Translations under genes and position numbers: made by a program
Part shown: positions 56,621 through 64,000 of the stretch, piece by piece
How positions within the stretch are numbered: position 1 is the stretch's first letter
Layout of the letters: each line of letters starts with the position of its first letter
The notes under the pieces: generated by a model
What the model saw: the letters and a program-made list of their open reading frames with translations, nothing else
Told to the model about the DNA's origin: nothing
Database searches by the model: none
Source: Candidatus Thalassarchaeaceae archaeon
Lineage (GTDB): Archaea > Thermoplasmatota > Poseidoniia > Poseidoniales > Thalassarchaeaceae
Reading direction: 5' to 3'
DNA: 64,000 bases
Assembly: GCA_034399535.1 (NCBI GenBank)
Contig: DASCSS010000010.1
Location: 2,096 to 66,095 of the forward strand

Positions 56621-57553
56621 GTGATGGCTGAAGAAAGTGGCAAGGGTCCGGTAGATACGTCTCACCTGTACGATGGGAAAGTTGTCAGATCATCGGCACC
56701 CAGTAGGAAAAGAGCTGCTGGTACCCTAAAGAGGGACTCTGCAATACCTGACGATGCAGTCCCGGAAGTGGAGATTCCTGGATGGATTGAGACGATTTTC
56801 GGGGGACCGGTATTATCCACTCGCAAGTTCCTACCACCAGACAGGATGGTCGTCTCACTGCAAATCTGGTCTTCAGCGACTCTGCTAGCCTTGGTTTTCC
56901 TTACGTTCATGCTCACCCCGGTGTCAGGAACAGCATGGTTCTCGATCTCAAATTTCATTGGAATGGGGGTTCTCGGAGTAATTGTACACTGGGGGCTTAT
57001 GCTGATTGGGCTTTTCGGGGGTTTCTTTGGAGTCTCACAGAGAGATCAGCGTGCACTATTGGCTTCCTACATTGCATTGATTTTGGTGACGGTCAGATTC
57101 GCTGGCAGTAAGGTAGAGTATGGCTTGAGCTTCCTTCCAGAAGACGAGACCGTCCAGAAGCTACTTCTAATCATCTACGCAGTCCTTCTGGTGATGTACG
57201 TTGAGATTTCCAGCGGGATAATCAGGTTCTCGATGCTCGATACGTCAATCAGGACTGGCGAGGTCTACGTGATGAACGTGAACGCGATTTCTCGCAGGTA
57301 TAGCCGTGCTCTAGGGATCACCCCCGCAATTGCTGGCTTCGTTGCCTTGCTGACGCTTTTCATCAATCTGATTATTCCTGCTTTCGTGGGCATTCTCGAT
57401 CCTGTGGCTGCGAACAGGCTCAAAGAAAGTGTGGAGTTGACTAGCGTCTACGGTGTAGCCCTGGGAACAATCCTGGTTTTCATCATCATTGCTTCGATGT
57501 TTGCAATTAACCTGCCATTGCGCATCCAGCAGTACATTGAGCGTCAGGCTTGA
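56621..57553 (+). CDS. Polytopic membrane protein, terminal gene of the MoxR/DUF58 operon.
   Basis: About 7 TM helices. No catalytic motif recognised. Confidence 0.5.
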   Translation: MMAEESGKGPVDTSHLYDGKVVRSSAPSRKRAAGTLKRDSAIPDDAVPEVEIPGWIETIFGGPVLSTRKFLPPDRMVVSLQIWSSATLLALVFLTFMLTPVSGTAWFSISNFIGMGVLGVIVHWGLMLIGLFGGFFGVSQRDQRALLASYIALILVTVRFAGSKVEYGLSFLPEDETVQKLLLIIYAVLLVMYVEISSGIIRFSMLDTSIRTGEVYVMNVNAISRRYSRALGITPAIAGFVALLTLFINLIIPAFVGILDPVAANRLKESVELTSVYGVALGTILVFIIIASMFAINLPLRIQQYIERQA

Positions 57554-58650
57554 TCTCCAAGGAAGCCCCCCATCAGCCCCAGATCACAAATCACCAGCAT
57601 AGCTACTGCTTCGACTACCGGTGCTGCGCGTGGGCCTATCACTGGGTCATGTCGGCCTCCTACCTTTAGGGAGCGAATCTCATTACTGGGCAGATGCAAA
57701 GTCAATTGCTCCCTTGGAAGGCTACTGGGAGGTTTAAAGTGGATTAAAACACGTATAGGAGCTCCGGTTGACCTCCCTCCTAGGGACCCATCGGCAGAGC
57801 CGGATTCTGAGCCTTCCAAAGTTGGTGAATCGGGGCTGGGCAACCACATGTCATTATGCTCAGAGCCACGCATCAGGGATGAAGCCGCCCCATGTGAAAA
57901 TTCAACCGCCCTAGCACCTGGAATAGACATTAATCCCCTAGCTAGAGATGGCTCAATTCCATCGAACCAAGGCTCGCCAACGCCAATTGGGAGACCCTGA
58001 ATCAGGAGCTCGACGGACGAACCTATGGTGTCTTTGTCCTTCCTAACAGAATCGATATGTTCCGACATTGCTGATGCGGCTTCTGGATCGAGGCAATTTA
58101 GCCTTATCATGTCAGATTCGAATGCCGCTGTAGAATTTTCGCCCAATTCCATGAGAGGTCGGGCGGAGATATTCCCAACGCTATGCAAGTGAGCCCTGCA
58201 GGTCCATCCAGATTTGTCAAGTAGGGCACGTGCTTGACTACCTGCTGCAACCAAGCCAAGTGTGAGTCTCGCTGATTGGGAGCCTCCGCCTCGGGGATCA
58301 TTATGTCCTTCGGAACGAATCATCTCCACCATGTCTGCATGTCCAGGACGAGGATGGTCTGGGAGAAACGAGTAATCGGAAGATTTGGCATCGTTATTCC
58401 TGGATAGCAACAGGATTGGCCAACCAGTGGCCTTTCCCTCGTGCATTCCAGATAGTATCTCACAATCATCGAGCTCGGAGCGAGATGAAAGTCCCCGCCT
58501 TCCTGGCTTCCTCAAAGAAAGGTCCCTGGCTAGGGCCTGTGAATCAATTGGGGTCCCTGGTGGGATTCCTTCCACGAGGGCACCCACACAATTCCCATGA
58601 CTCTCACCGAATATTGTGACCTTGAGGTTGTCACCCAGGTTCATCCCCAT
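57544..58650 (-). CDS. aroC: Chorismate synthase.
   Basis: N-terminal LKVTIFGESHGNCVGALVEGIPPG and conserved …LSLRKPGRRGLSSRSELD… motifs. Confidence 0.9.
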   Translation of the reverse strand: MGMNLGDNLKVTIFGESHGNCVGALVEGIPPGTPIDSQALARDLSLRKPGRRGLSSRSELDDCEILSGMHEGKATGWPILLLSRNNDAKSSDYSFLPDHPRPGHADMVEMIRSEGHNDPRGGGSQSARLTLGLVAAGSQARALLDKSGWTCRAHLHSVGNISARPLMELGENSTAAFESDMIRLNCLDPEAASAMSEHIDSVRKDKDTIGSSVELLIQGLPIGVGEPWFDGIEPSLARGLMSIPGARAVEFSHGAASSLMRGSEHNDMWLPSPDSPTLEGSESGSADGSLGGRSTGAPIRVLIHFKPPSSLPREQLTLHLPSNEIRSLKVGGRHDPVIGPRAAPVVEAVAMLVICDLGLMGGFLGDQA

Positions 58651-59510
58651 TAGTAGGCCTCCTCAATAACAGATTCAGGAGCAGAGAAGTGGGTAATTAT
58701 CACATCCATTTCCATATCTGAAAGGACTGCGTGCAAAGCTTCCCTGTCAGCCTCATAGCATACTAATGCAATCGCGGGACCCGAACCACTTACTCCAGCG
58801 GCGATTGCTCCCGATGCAATGGACAAGTTGCTAATCCTAAGACCTTTGAAGTCATCTGTAGCAGCAGAAACTGCCATTCCATTTACAGAAAGTGCTTCTA
58901 GTGGGGAGCCGTTGATTATGGAAGCCATGGCCCTTTCAAAGAGTTGAGATTGGGCTAAGAATGCAGCTCGGGATACTTCCAAATCTCTCCTTCCACGTAG
59001 CCCTATCAGAACTGCCATCCCCAAATCCATTTCCCCTTCTAGCAATATCGATTCCGTGGCTGTCTTTTCTGGGTCAACTAGTTTCCATCCATGACTAAGT
59101 GAGGCCCATACATCATCCAAGCTACCCGTCACAGTGCAATTTGCTACCCTCTGTGCTTGGACTGCTAAATCTGCAATCTCGAAATCTGATAGCCCGGTCC
59201 ATGCGAAATTGTTCAATGCTCTCATTGCTGCACAGGATAACGCTGAGCTTGACTTGAGTCCCTGGCCTATGGGAATCTCGCTTTCTACTTCCCAAAAGAA
59301 ATTTTTCGGAGGAGGGAATCCCTCGGAAATCCAGGTTGATAACACCGCTTCTAAAAGGCCATGCTTATCATCTGGGACCTCTGATGGCTCTCCTTCAACA
59401 ATAGAGGCCTTTGTGCCAATTTCCAAACCAACTGAACAGCCCTTGCCCAATCCCAACGCATGTAGGATGGAGATTGCGCCATTCGCCCTCCCATAACCTA
59501 GAATCGTCAT
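58650..59510 (-). CDS. aroK: Shikimate kinase, archaeal GHMP-kinase type.
   Basis: N-terminal RANGAISILHALGLGKGCSVGLE, GHMP loop PIGQGLKSSSALSCAAM, and …AGVSGSGPAIAL… parallel archaeal shikimate kinase (MJ1440-like). Overlaps aroC by 1 nt. Confidence 0.75.
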   Translation of the reverse strand: MTILGYGRANGAISILHALGLGKGCSVGLEIGTKASIVEGEPSEVPDDKHGLLEAVLSTWISEGFPPPKNFFWEVESEIPIGQGLKSSSALSCAAMRALNNFAWTGLSDFEIADLAVQAQRVANCTVTGSLDDVWASLSHGWKLVDPEKTATESILLEGEMDLGMAVLIGLRGRRDLEVSRAAFLAQSQLFERAMASIINGSPLEALSVNGMAVSAATDDFKGLRISNLSIASGAIAAGVSGSGPAIALVCYEADREALHAVLSDMEMDVIITHFSAPESVIEEAY

Positions 59511-60442
59511 TTTTCGGACATCCTCCCGTCAATTGGGAGTCCGATGTGTCTTGCTCGATTATCCCTGAAAACTGATATTTCATCTCCCGAATTTGCCTCA
59601 GTCACCGATAAATGGCTGCCATCAGGTGTGACAAATCGAACTGTTTCGGCATGCTGCACGGTTGTCTGGCCTTCATCTATGTCACCTTGGAATCTGACCA
59701 GTAGAAGTGGTCGGACCTCTATCTTCAAACGCCCAATTATCGCGCTTCCCTCGATACCCGAACATGAGAGTATTGCAACTTCGTCCCCGGAAGAAAGCTC
59801 GTGGAGGTACTTTGTTTTCCCATCGGCCATCAACACATAGGAATGGATGGCTCCTGCATTCACTCTGAAAGGCCTAGTTGGAACAAATTCGGATGGGACT
59901 GTCTCGCCGTGTATGATGCAAAGCATCCCTGCGATTGAGCCAATTGCCATTCCTTGTCCTTTCTCCAATCGTCGAGTAAGATCGATGCAGACTCGCTCAC
60001 CAATTCCTCCGTTAACTACTGAGGATATTTGCGCGACCTCAGAATAGTCTGACATCTGCTTATCAGTCCCGGATATTGGGTTCTTGTCGCCCGCAATCGT
60101 TGTTGCAGCTTCAAGCAAATCTTCTCCAACCAAAATGGCATCAGCTCCGAATTCAAGTGCAAAGGCCGCCCCGTTGAGATCCATCTCTGCATTCACTTCG
60201 ACTGCAATCCTAGTTCCGGAGTCCCTTGATGAAGCCACGAGGTTTTCCAATGGGATCATTCGCCAATCCGAGCACTTGGCCAATACCCATGGAACCATTC
60301 CCATCATTGAAATGGCCTCGTCCTGACTCCTATGATCTCCCATATCAACTACGGCAACATCCGGAGCCTTGCCCGTCCATATCCGATCGACATACGTATC
60401 TACGGCAGTATTGCCGTTCTCTGAGTTCAACCAAACCTCCAT
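59507..60442 (-). CDS. 3-dehydroquinate synthase II (archaeal AroB').
   Basis: Strong resemblance to the MJ1249 family: …WRMIPLENLVAS…, …ERVCIDLTRRLEKGQGMAIGS…, …TRPFRVNAGAIHSYVLMADGKTKYLHELSSGDEVA…, …IGRLKIEVRPLLLV…. Confidence 0.85.
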   Translation of the reverse strand: MEVWLNSENGNTAVDTYVDRIWTGKAPDVAVVDMGDHRSQDEAISMMGMVPWVLAKCSDWRMIPLENLVASSRDSGTRIAVEVNAEMDLNGAAFALEFGADAILVGEDLLEAATTIAGDKNPISGTDKQMSDYSEVAQISSVVNGGIGERVCIDLTRRLEKGQGMAIGSIAGMLCIIHGETVPSEFVPTRPFRVNAGAIHSYVLMADGKTKYLHELSSGDEVAILSCSGIEGSAIIGRLKIEVRPLLLVRFQGDIDEGQTTVQHAETVRFVTPDGSHLSVTEANSGDEISVFRDNRARHIGLPIDGRMSEK

Positions 60443-60445
60443 GTT

Positions 60446-61264
60446 TCACTCCAGATACCGACAGGCTTCGGACGCAGTGGCGCCATCATGAACGATTGCC
60501 CTAAGTGCCCTGACATGAGAGACCGGGTCTTCAGTTCCGAAAACATGCCGTCCAATACAAACACCGGAGCCCCCGGCAATGATTGAGCTCTCGACCATTT
60601 CTAGTAGAGTAGGGAAGGGTTCATTCTTCGGCCCGCCAGAAACCAATACAGGAATTGGAACCGCAGAAGAGACGAGTCGGAAGGAGTCCTCGGAACCAGT
60701 CCAAGGAACCTTGACCACGTTGCACCCCAGCTCCCACGCGAGGCGTGCAGCATGGGCGATTCCCATTGTAGAGTCAGAGGGATCAGTTGAGAGGTTTTCC
60801 CCCCGGGGGTAAAACATCCCCAAAACAGGAATGCCATGCTCGTGAGACTCGGAGGTTATTCTAGAGAATCGCTCAATCATTTCAGGCTCTGCGGCATCCC
60901 CAAGATTGACTTGCGCAGAAACCCCCAAAGCCCCTCTTGCTAAGCACTCCGAAGCGCTCGCAACGAGAACCTTGTCCTGAATTCGGGGACCTCCATGGAT
61001 GGTTGAGACAGATACGTGACACACGAATCGTCCCCAACCAGTCCTTGCCACGTGGTGGGTAACTGCCCCCTTATGCAGAACTATGGCATCGGCACCACCT
61101 TCTATCGCTGCGTCCACAGCGATATTGACATCTTCCAACCCTCGGACGGGGAATTCTGATGCACCATGGTCCATAGGAATCCAAACTCCTTTTCCTCCGG
61201 GGAGGAGGGTCTCCAACCTACCCGCTAGGACTTCGGCCATGCATGCTCGCCGGTGTTCCATCAC
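60446..61264 (-). CDS. Class I aldolase-family ADH synthase (AroA', 2-amino-3,7-dideoxy-D-threo-hept-6-ulosonate synthase) or FBP-aldolase paralogue.
   Basis: DeoC/FbaB-type TIM barrel with Schiff-base Lys context (…GCNVVKVPWTG…). Directly upstream of DHQ synthase II in the same operon. Confidence 0.7.
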   Translation of the reverse strand: MMEHRRACMAEVLAGRLETLLPGGKGVWIPMDHGASEFPVRGLEDVNIAVDAAIEGGADAIVLHKGAVTHHVARTGWGRFVCHVSVSTIHGGPRIQDKVLVASASECLARGALGVSAQVNLGDAAEPEMIERFSRITSESHEHGIPVLGMFYPRGENLSTDPSDSTMGIAHAARLAWELGCNVVKVPWTGSEDSFRLVSSAVPIPVLVSGGPKNEPFPTLLEMVESSIIAGGSGVCIGRHVFGTEDPVSHVRALRAIVHDGATASEACRYLE

Positions 61265-61318
61265 TTGAAAGGTCTCGTTTTCCCCCTTCTGTGGAATTTC
61301 CGCTCCCGTAGGGAGCGG

Positions 61319-62101
61319 TCAGAAGTCCATGTCCACAATCACGGGTGCGTGGTCGGAGACAACTAGACCACCCTCACGCATTACCTCTGCAGATTTCATC
61401 ATGGACCTAGCTATTGGATTTGCTAGAATGTAATCTATCCTCCATCCTCTGTCTCTCTCCCTAGCTCGACGAAAGTTCGACCACCAGGAATAGGGGCCTT
61501 TCATTGCGCCAACGTGGATTCGCAGCAAATCGTGCCAACCGCTTGCCAGCATTCGATCGAACCACTCTCTTTCGTGCTCAAGGAAACCCGATGTGCGCTT
61601 ATTCCCAACTGGGTCCCAAATGTCATCCTCAGTATGAGCAATGTTCAGGTCTCCACACAGTAAGGCAGGATCTGGAGATTTGACAAATTGCTGACTCCAG
61701 AGGAGCATGTCCTCGAGCCATTGATCCTTGTACTGCTGGCGCTCATCTCTGGAGGAACCGTTCGGCAGGTACATGTTGATGCAACTCAAGCTATCGTGCT
61801 TGGTCACCAAGACTCTGCCTTCTGGATCTCGAGACTCATCGAGGTCAGTGTCTATCCCCCTCCCGATCTCGGACATCCCAATCCTGGAACATGACATTAC
61901 GCCCGAATACCCCTTCTTTTGTGCGGGGTGCCAAATTACCTCATAACCCTCTGGCTGGGGCCAATCCTTCGGCATCTGCTCAGGCAGGGCTCGGACTTCC
62001 TGGAAGAGCATGACATCGGCATCGATACGCTCAATGAACTCAACAAGCCCCTTTCGATGGGCGGCCCGAATCCCATTCAGGTTCCAAGTGACGACTCGCA
62101 C
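61319..62101 (-). CDS. xth: Exodeoxyribonuclease III / AP endonuclease (EEP family).
   Basis: MRVVTWNLNGIRAA…DADVMLFQEVRA… and a C-terminal …SDHAPV… motif. GTG start. Confidence 0.85.
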   Translation of the reverse strand: MRVVTWNLNGIRAAHRKGLVEFIERIDADVMLFQEVRALPEQMPKDWPQPEGYEVIWHPAQKKGYSGVMSCSRIGMSEIGRGIDTDLDESRDPEGRVLVTKHDSLSCINMYLPNGSSRDERQQYKDQWLEDMLLWSQQFVKSPDPALLCGDLNIAHTEDDIWDPVGNKRTSGFLEHEREWFDRMLASGWHDLLRIHVGAMKGPYSWWSNFRRARERDRGWRIDYILANPIARSMMKSAEVMREGGLVVSDHAPVIVDMDF

Positions 62102-62110
62102 GGGGGGGGC

Positions 62111-64000
62111 TCACTGAGAGAGGTCTTTGACTTTCTCGACTAGATCCATCCTGCTGATTCTCCACATTCCGTATGGAGTGAGAAATACTGAGATGAGAAC
62201 AACGATGCCGACAAGTTGTGCTGCAACCATGAAATCAGACTTCACAGTGAGATAGAATGCCCATTGGACAAATGTAGAGATTAATGCTTGAGTGCCAAAT
62301 ATGGTGAAAATGGTGGCGAGAATGCCGCCTATCAAACCAATAGCGATATGTTCGCCCAACATCATCCCACCTATTCTGTTGATTGGAGCACCAAGCACTC
62401 TTAGTGTCGCAATCTCTACGTCTCGTTCTGCAAGATTCATGATCAGAGTATTGAATAAAACAACAATTGCAATGATTATTCCAAGCGCAAGAATTGAATG
62501 GAACATTGCTTTTTGCTGTTCTAGAATAGACTCAAAGGCTTTGATTAAGTCCTCTTTTTGAGTAACTCCGAGTGAGATTTCACCCAATTCACTGTCGACT
62601 TCGACTCCCTCCGGCAAATCAATCAAAACAGAGGTCGCTTCGATTCCCACTACGGGTACTAAATCTTGACGATGGAAGTATACGGTTCGCGACACTTCCC
62701 CTTGAGTGATGCCGGTTATCTCAATATCCAACGAAGTTGAGCCAAACATAATCGTCTGAGTTTGTCCAATTTGCCAGTCGAGGAAGTGTTGTAATCCCTC
62801 ATCAACCAGTACCTGTGTGACTTCAGAATTAGCAACAGGGAGTGCACCTTCTTTGAGATCTAAAACTATCATGGAATTATCATTAGTAGATACCGTATCC
62901 AAACCATAGGTCAAGAGGTACCTCATATCTCCCTCTGGGTTAGCTGGGAAAACTAGCATCGACTCATGAGATGCACCTCTCTCATCAGCCCATTCATTCA
63001 CTGCCTCCTCTCCTCCAAAGGGAACAACAACTTGAGCGTCCCAATTCTGGTTATTCTCAACATTGCCAACTACAGCATCTTCCATTGTACCAAGCATCAG
63101 TGTCATACTGCCAAAGATTAGCATTGACAGGCCGACAGAAATGAATGTGAAGGCTAGTCTAGTTGGTTTTCTGATGCTGGACCTGATAGTTAGGCCTACT
63201 GTGGAAGGTAATCTCGAAGTTAACTTCTGTAGGCCTCGAGACGAGAGCCTGATCTGGTGTTGGCCTCGCATGATTTCCAGAGGTTGTAGTCTAGAGGCTT
63301 GTATCGCTGGAAGAATCCCAGAAAACAAAACAATTAACATCGCGATTCCAGAAATTTGCAGTAGGATTGGCGTGACATCTGCAGGTTCAATAATTGGAAT
63401 CCCCAGTATTCTTTCATACATACTCAGCATGGCTGGAGCGCCCAGAAATACTCCAAGGATTGTACCAAATAAGCATCCTATCGAACCTATGATGATGGGC
63501 ATCAAGATGTATCCCGGAATAATCGCATTTCGTGGGATCCCAAGTGTTCGCAATATTGCAATCTCTCTAGCCTGAGATTGTACCAATCTCTGAAGGCTCA
63601 AGAAGATGGTTATTCCAGCAACTATTGCGATCATTGCAGTAACTGGAACATACATCGACATCGCACCTTCGGCATCGGTACGAAGCAATTCTACAGATTC
63701 GAGTCCTGAACGACTGTAAACCAATGAGGGTGAATCATCGATTTCTTGCATGGTGGAGTCGATATTTCCGATAATTGAACTGAGTTCTTCACCTTCGACT
63801 TCAGTGGTAGTCTGTGAGTCATATTCCGGGGTCCCAACTATGTCGATGAGTAGAAGATTGGCCGAACCTGAACTGAGGTTTCCTAACCTCTCAAGGCCCC
63901 CTGCAGTCAAATATCCAGTAGCAAATGTTCCGGGTTCGGAGGGAAATAATGAGCCACTCTGGGCAAAGTACAGATGATTTGAATGGAGACCAATCCCCAC
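62111..64000 (-). CDS. FtsX-like ABC transporter permease (MacB-type, two permease repeats with large extracytoplasmic domain); N-terminus lies outside the window.
   Basis: Four-TM FtsX permease repeats (…ILRTLGIPRNAII…, …LRVLGAPINRIGGMMLGEHIAIGLIGGILA…). The ORF runs off the window end. Confidence 0.75.
   Translation of the reverse strand: MGIGLHSNHLYFAQSGSLFPSEPGTFATGYLTAGGLERLGNLSSGSANLLLIDIVGTPEYDSQTTTEVEGEELSSIIGNIDSTMQEIDDSPSLVYSRSGLESVELLRTDAEGAMSMYVPVTAMIAIVAGITIFLSLQRLVQSQAREIAILRTLGIPRNAIIPGYILMPIIIGSIGCLFGTILGVFLGAPAMLSMYERILGIPIIEPADVTPILLQISGIAMLIVLFSGILPAIQASRLQPLEIMRGQHQIRLSSRGLQKLTSRLPSTVGLTIRSSIRKPTRLAFTFISVGLSMLIFGSMTLMLGTMEDAVVGNVENNQNWDAQVVVPFGGEEAVNEWADERGASHESMLVFPANPEGDMRYLLTYGLDTVSTNDNSMIVLDLKEGALPVANSEVTQVLVDEGLQHFLDWQIGQTQTIMFGSTSLDIEITGITQGEVSRTVYFHRQDLVPVVGIEATSVLIDLPEGVEVDSELGEISLGVTQKEDLIKAFESILEQQKAMFHSILALGIIIAIVVLFNTLIMNLAERDVEIATLRVLGAPINRIGGMMLGEHIAIGLIGGILATIFTIFGTQALISTFVQWAFYLTVKSDFMVAAQLVGIVVLISVFLTPYGMWRISRMDLVEKVKDLSQ

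Noticed and set aside
63063-63575. 170-aa ORF on the + strand inside the FtsX-like permease gene.
   Set aside because: It is antisense to a membrane-protein gene. It is hydrophobic by mirror effect but carries no motif.
1-64000. Search for CRISPR arrays, IS elements, integrases and rRNA/tRNA genes.
   Set aside because: No regularly spaced direct repeats were seen. No transposase or integrase-like translations appear in any frame. No intergenic stretch is long enough for an rRNA or tRNA. None are called.

Overview
This 64 kb window is archaeal chromosomal DNA, about 52% GC and densely coding. I called roughly 59 protein-coding genes and no rRNA, tRNA, CRISPR or mobile elements.

Archaeal hallmarks visible in the sequence:
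- TATA-binding protein
- archaeal-type shikimate pathway: 3-dehydroquinate synthase II, ADH synthase AroA', GHMP-type shikimate kinase, chorismate synthase
- CTP-type FAD synthetase RibL
- mevalonate kinase
- membrane pyrophosphatase
- CysRS and IleRS

The large PKD-repeat surface protein, three subtilisin-like proteases, a BNR-repeat lipoprotein and lipobox-like signal peptides suggest a proteolytic, surface-active lifestyle, possibly Thermoplasmatota or Marine Group II-like; this is inference.

Housekeeping blocks: a riboflavin cluster (ribB-ribL-riboflavin synthase-ribH), a thioredoxin reductase / GYD / MoeB-rhodanese block, and a DUF4350-MoxR-DUF58 operon.

Most unusual items:
1. A 1254-aa ORF that fuses a secreted S8 subtilase to an AmpG/folate-biopterin-like MFS permease through a single TM anchor.
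2. A 966-aa ORF that fuses a 2-oxoacid dehydrogenase E1 alpha and E1 beta behind a ~190-aa N-terminal extension carrying a CPHC...CGKC zinc ribbon. It sits directly downstream of a sharply AT-rich 137-bp island with three TGTGGTA repeats.
3. A xanthine-dehydrogenase-family molybdoenzyme operon (MocA-like, XdhC, HTH_10 regulator, 2Fe-2S, Mo and FAD subunits). Its FAD subunit carries a ~45-aa Cys-rich insertion reminiscent of the extra [4Fe-4S] loop of 4-hydroxybenzoyl-CoA reductase HcrB.
4. A TBP with a ~55-aa acidic insertion in its second repeat.

All calls rest on reading the supplied six-frame translations and recognising motifs by eye. No database search was run.
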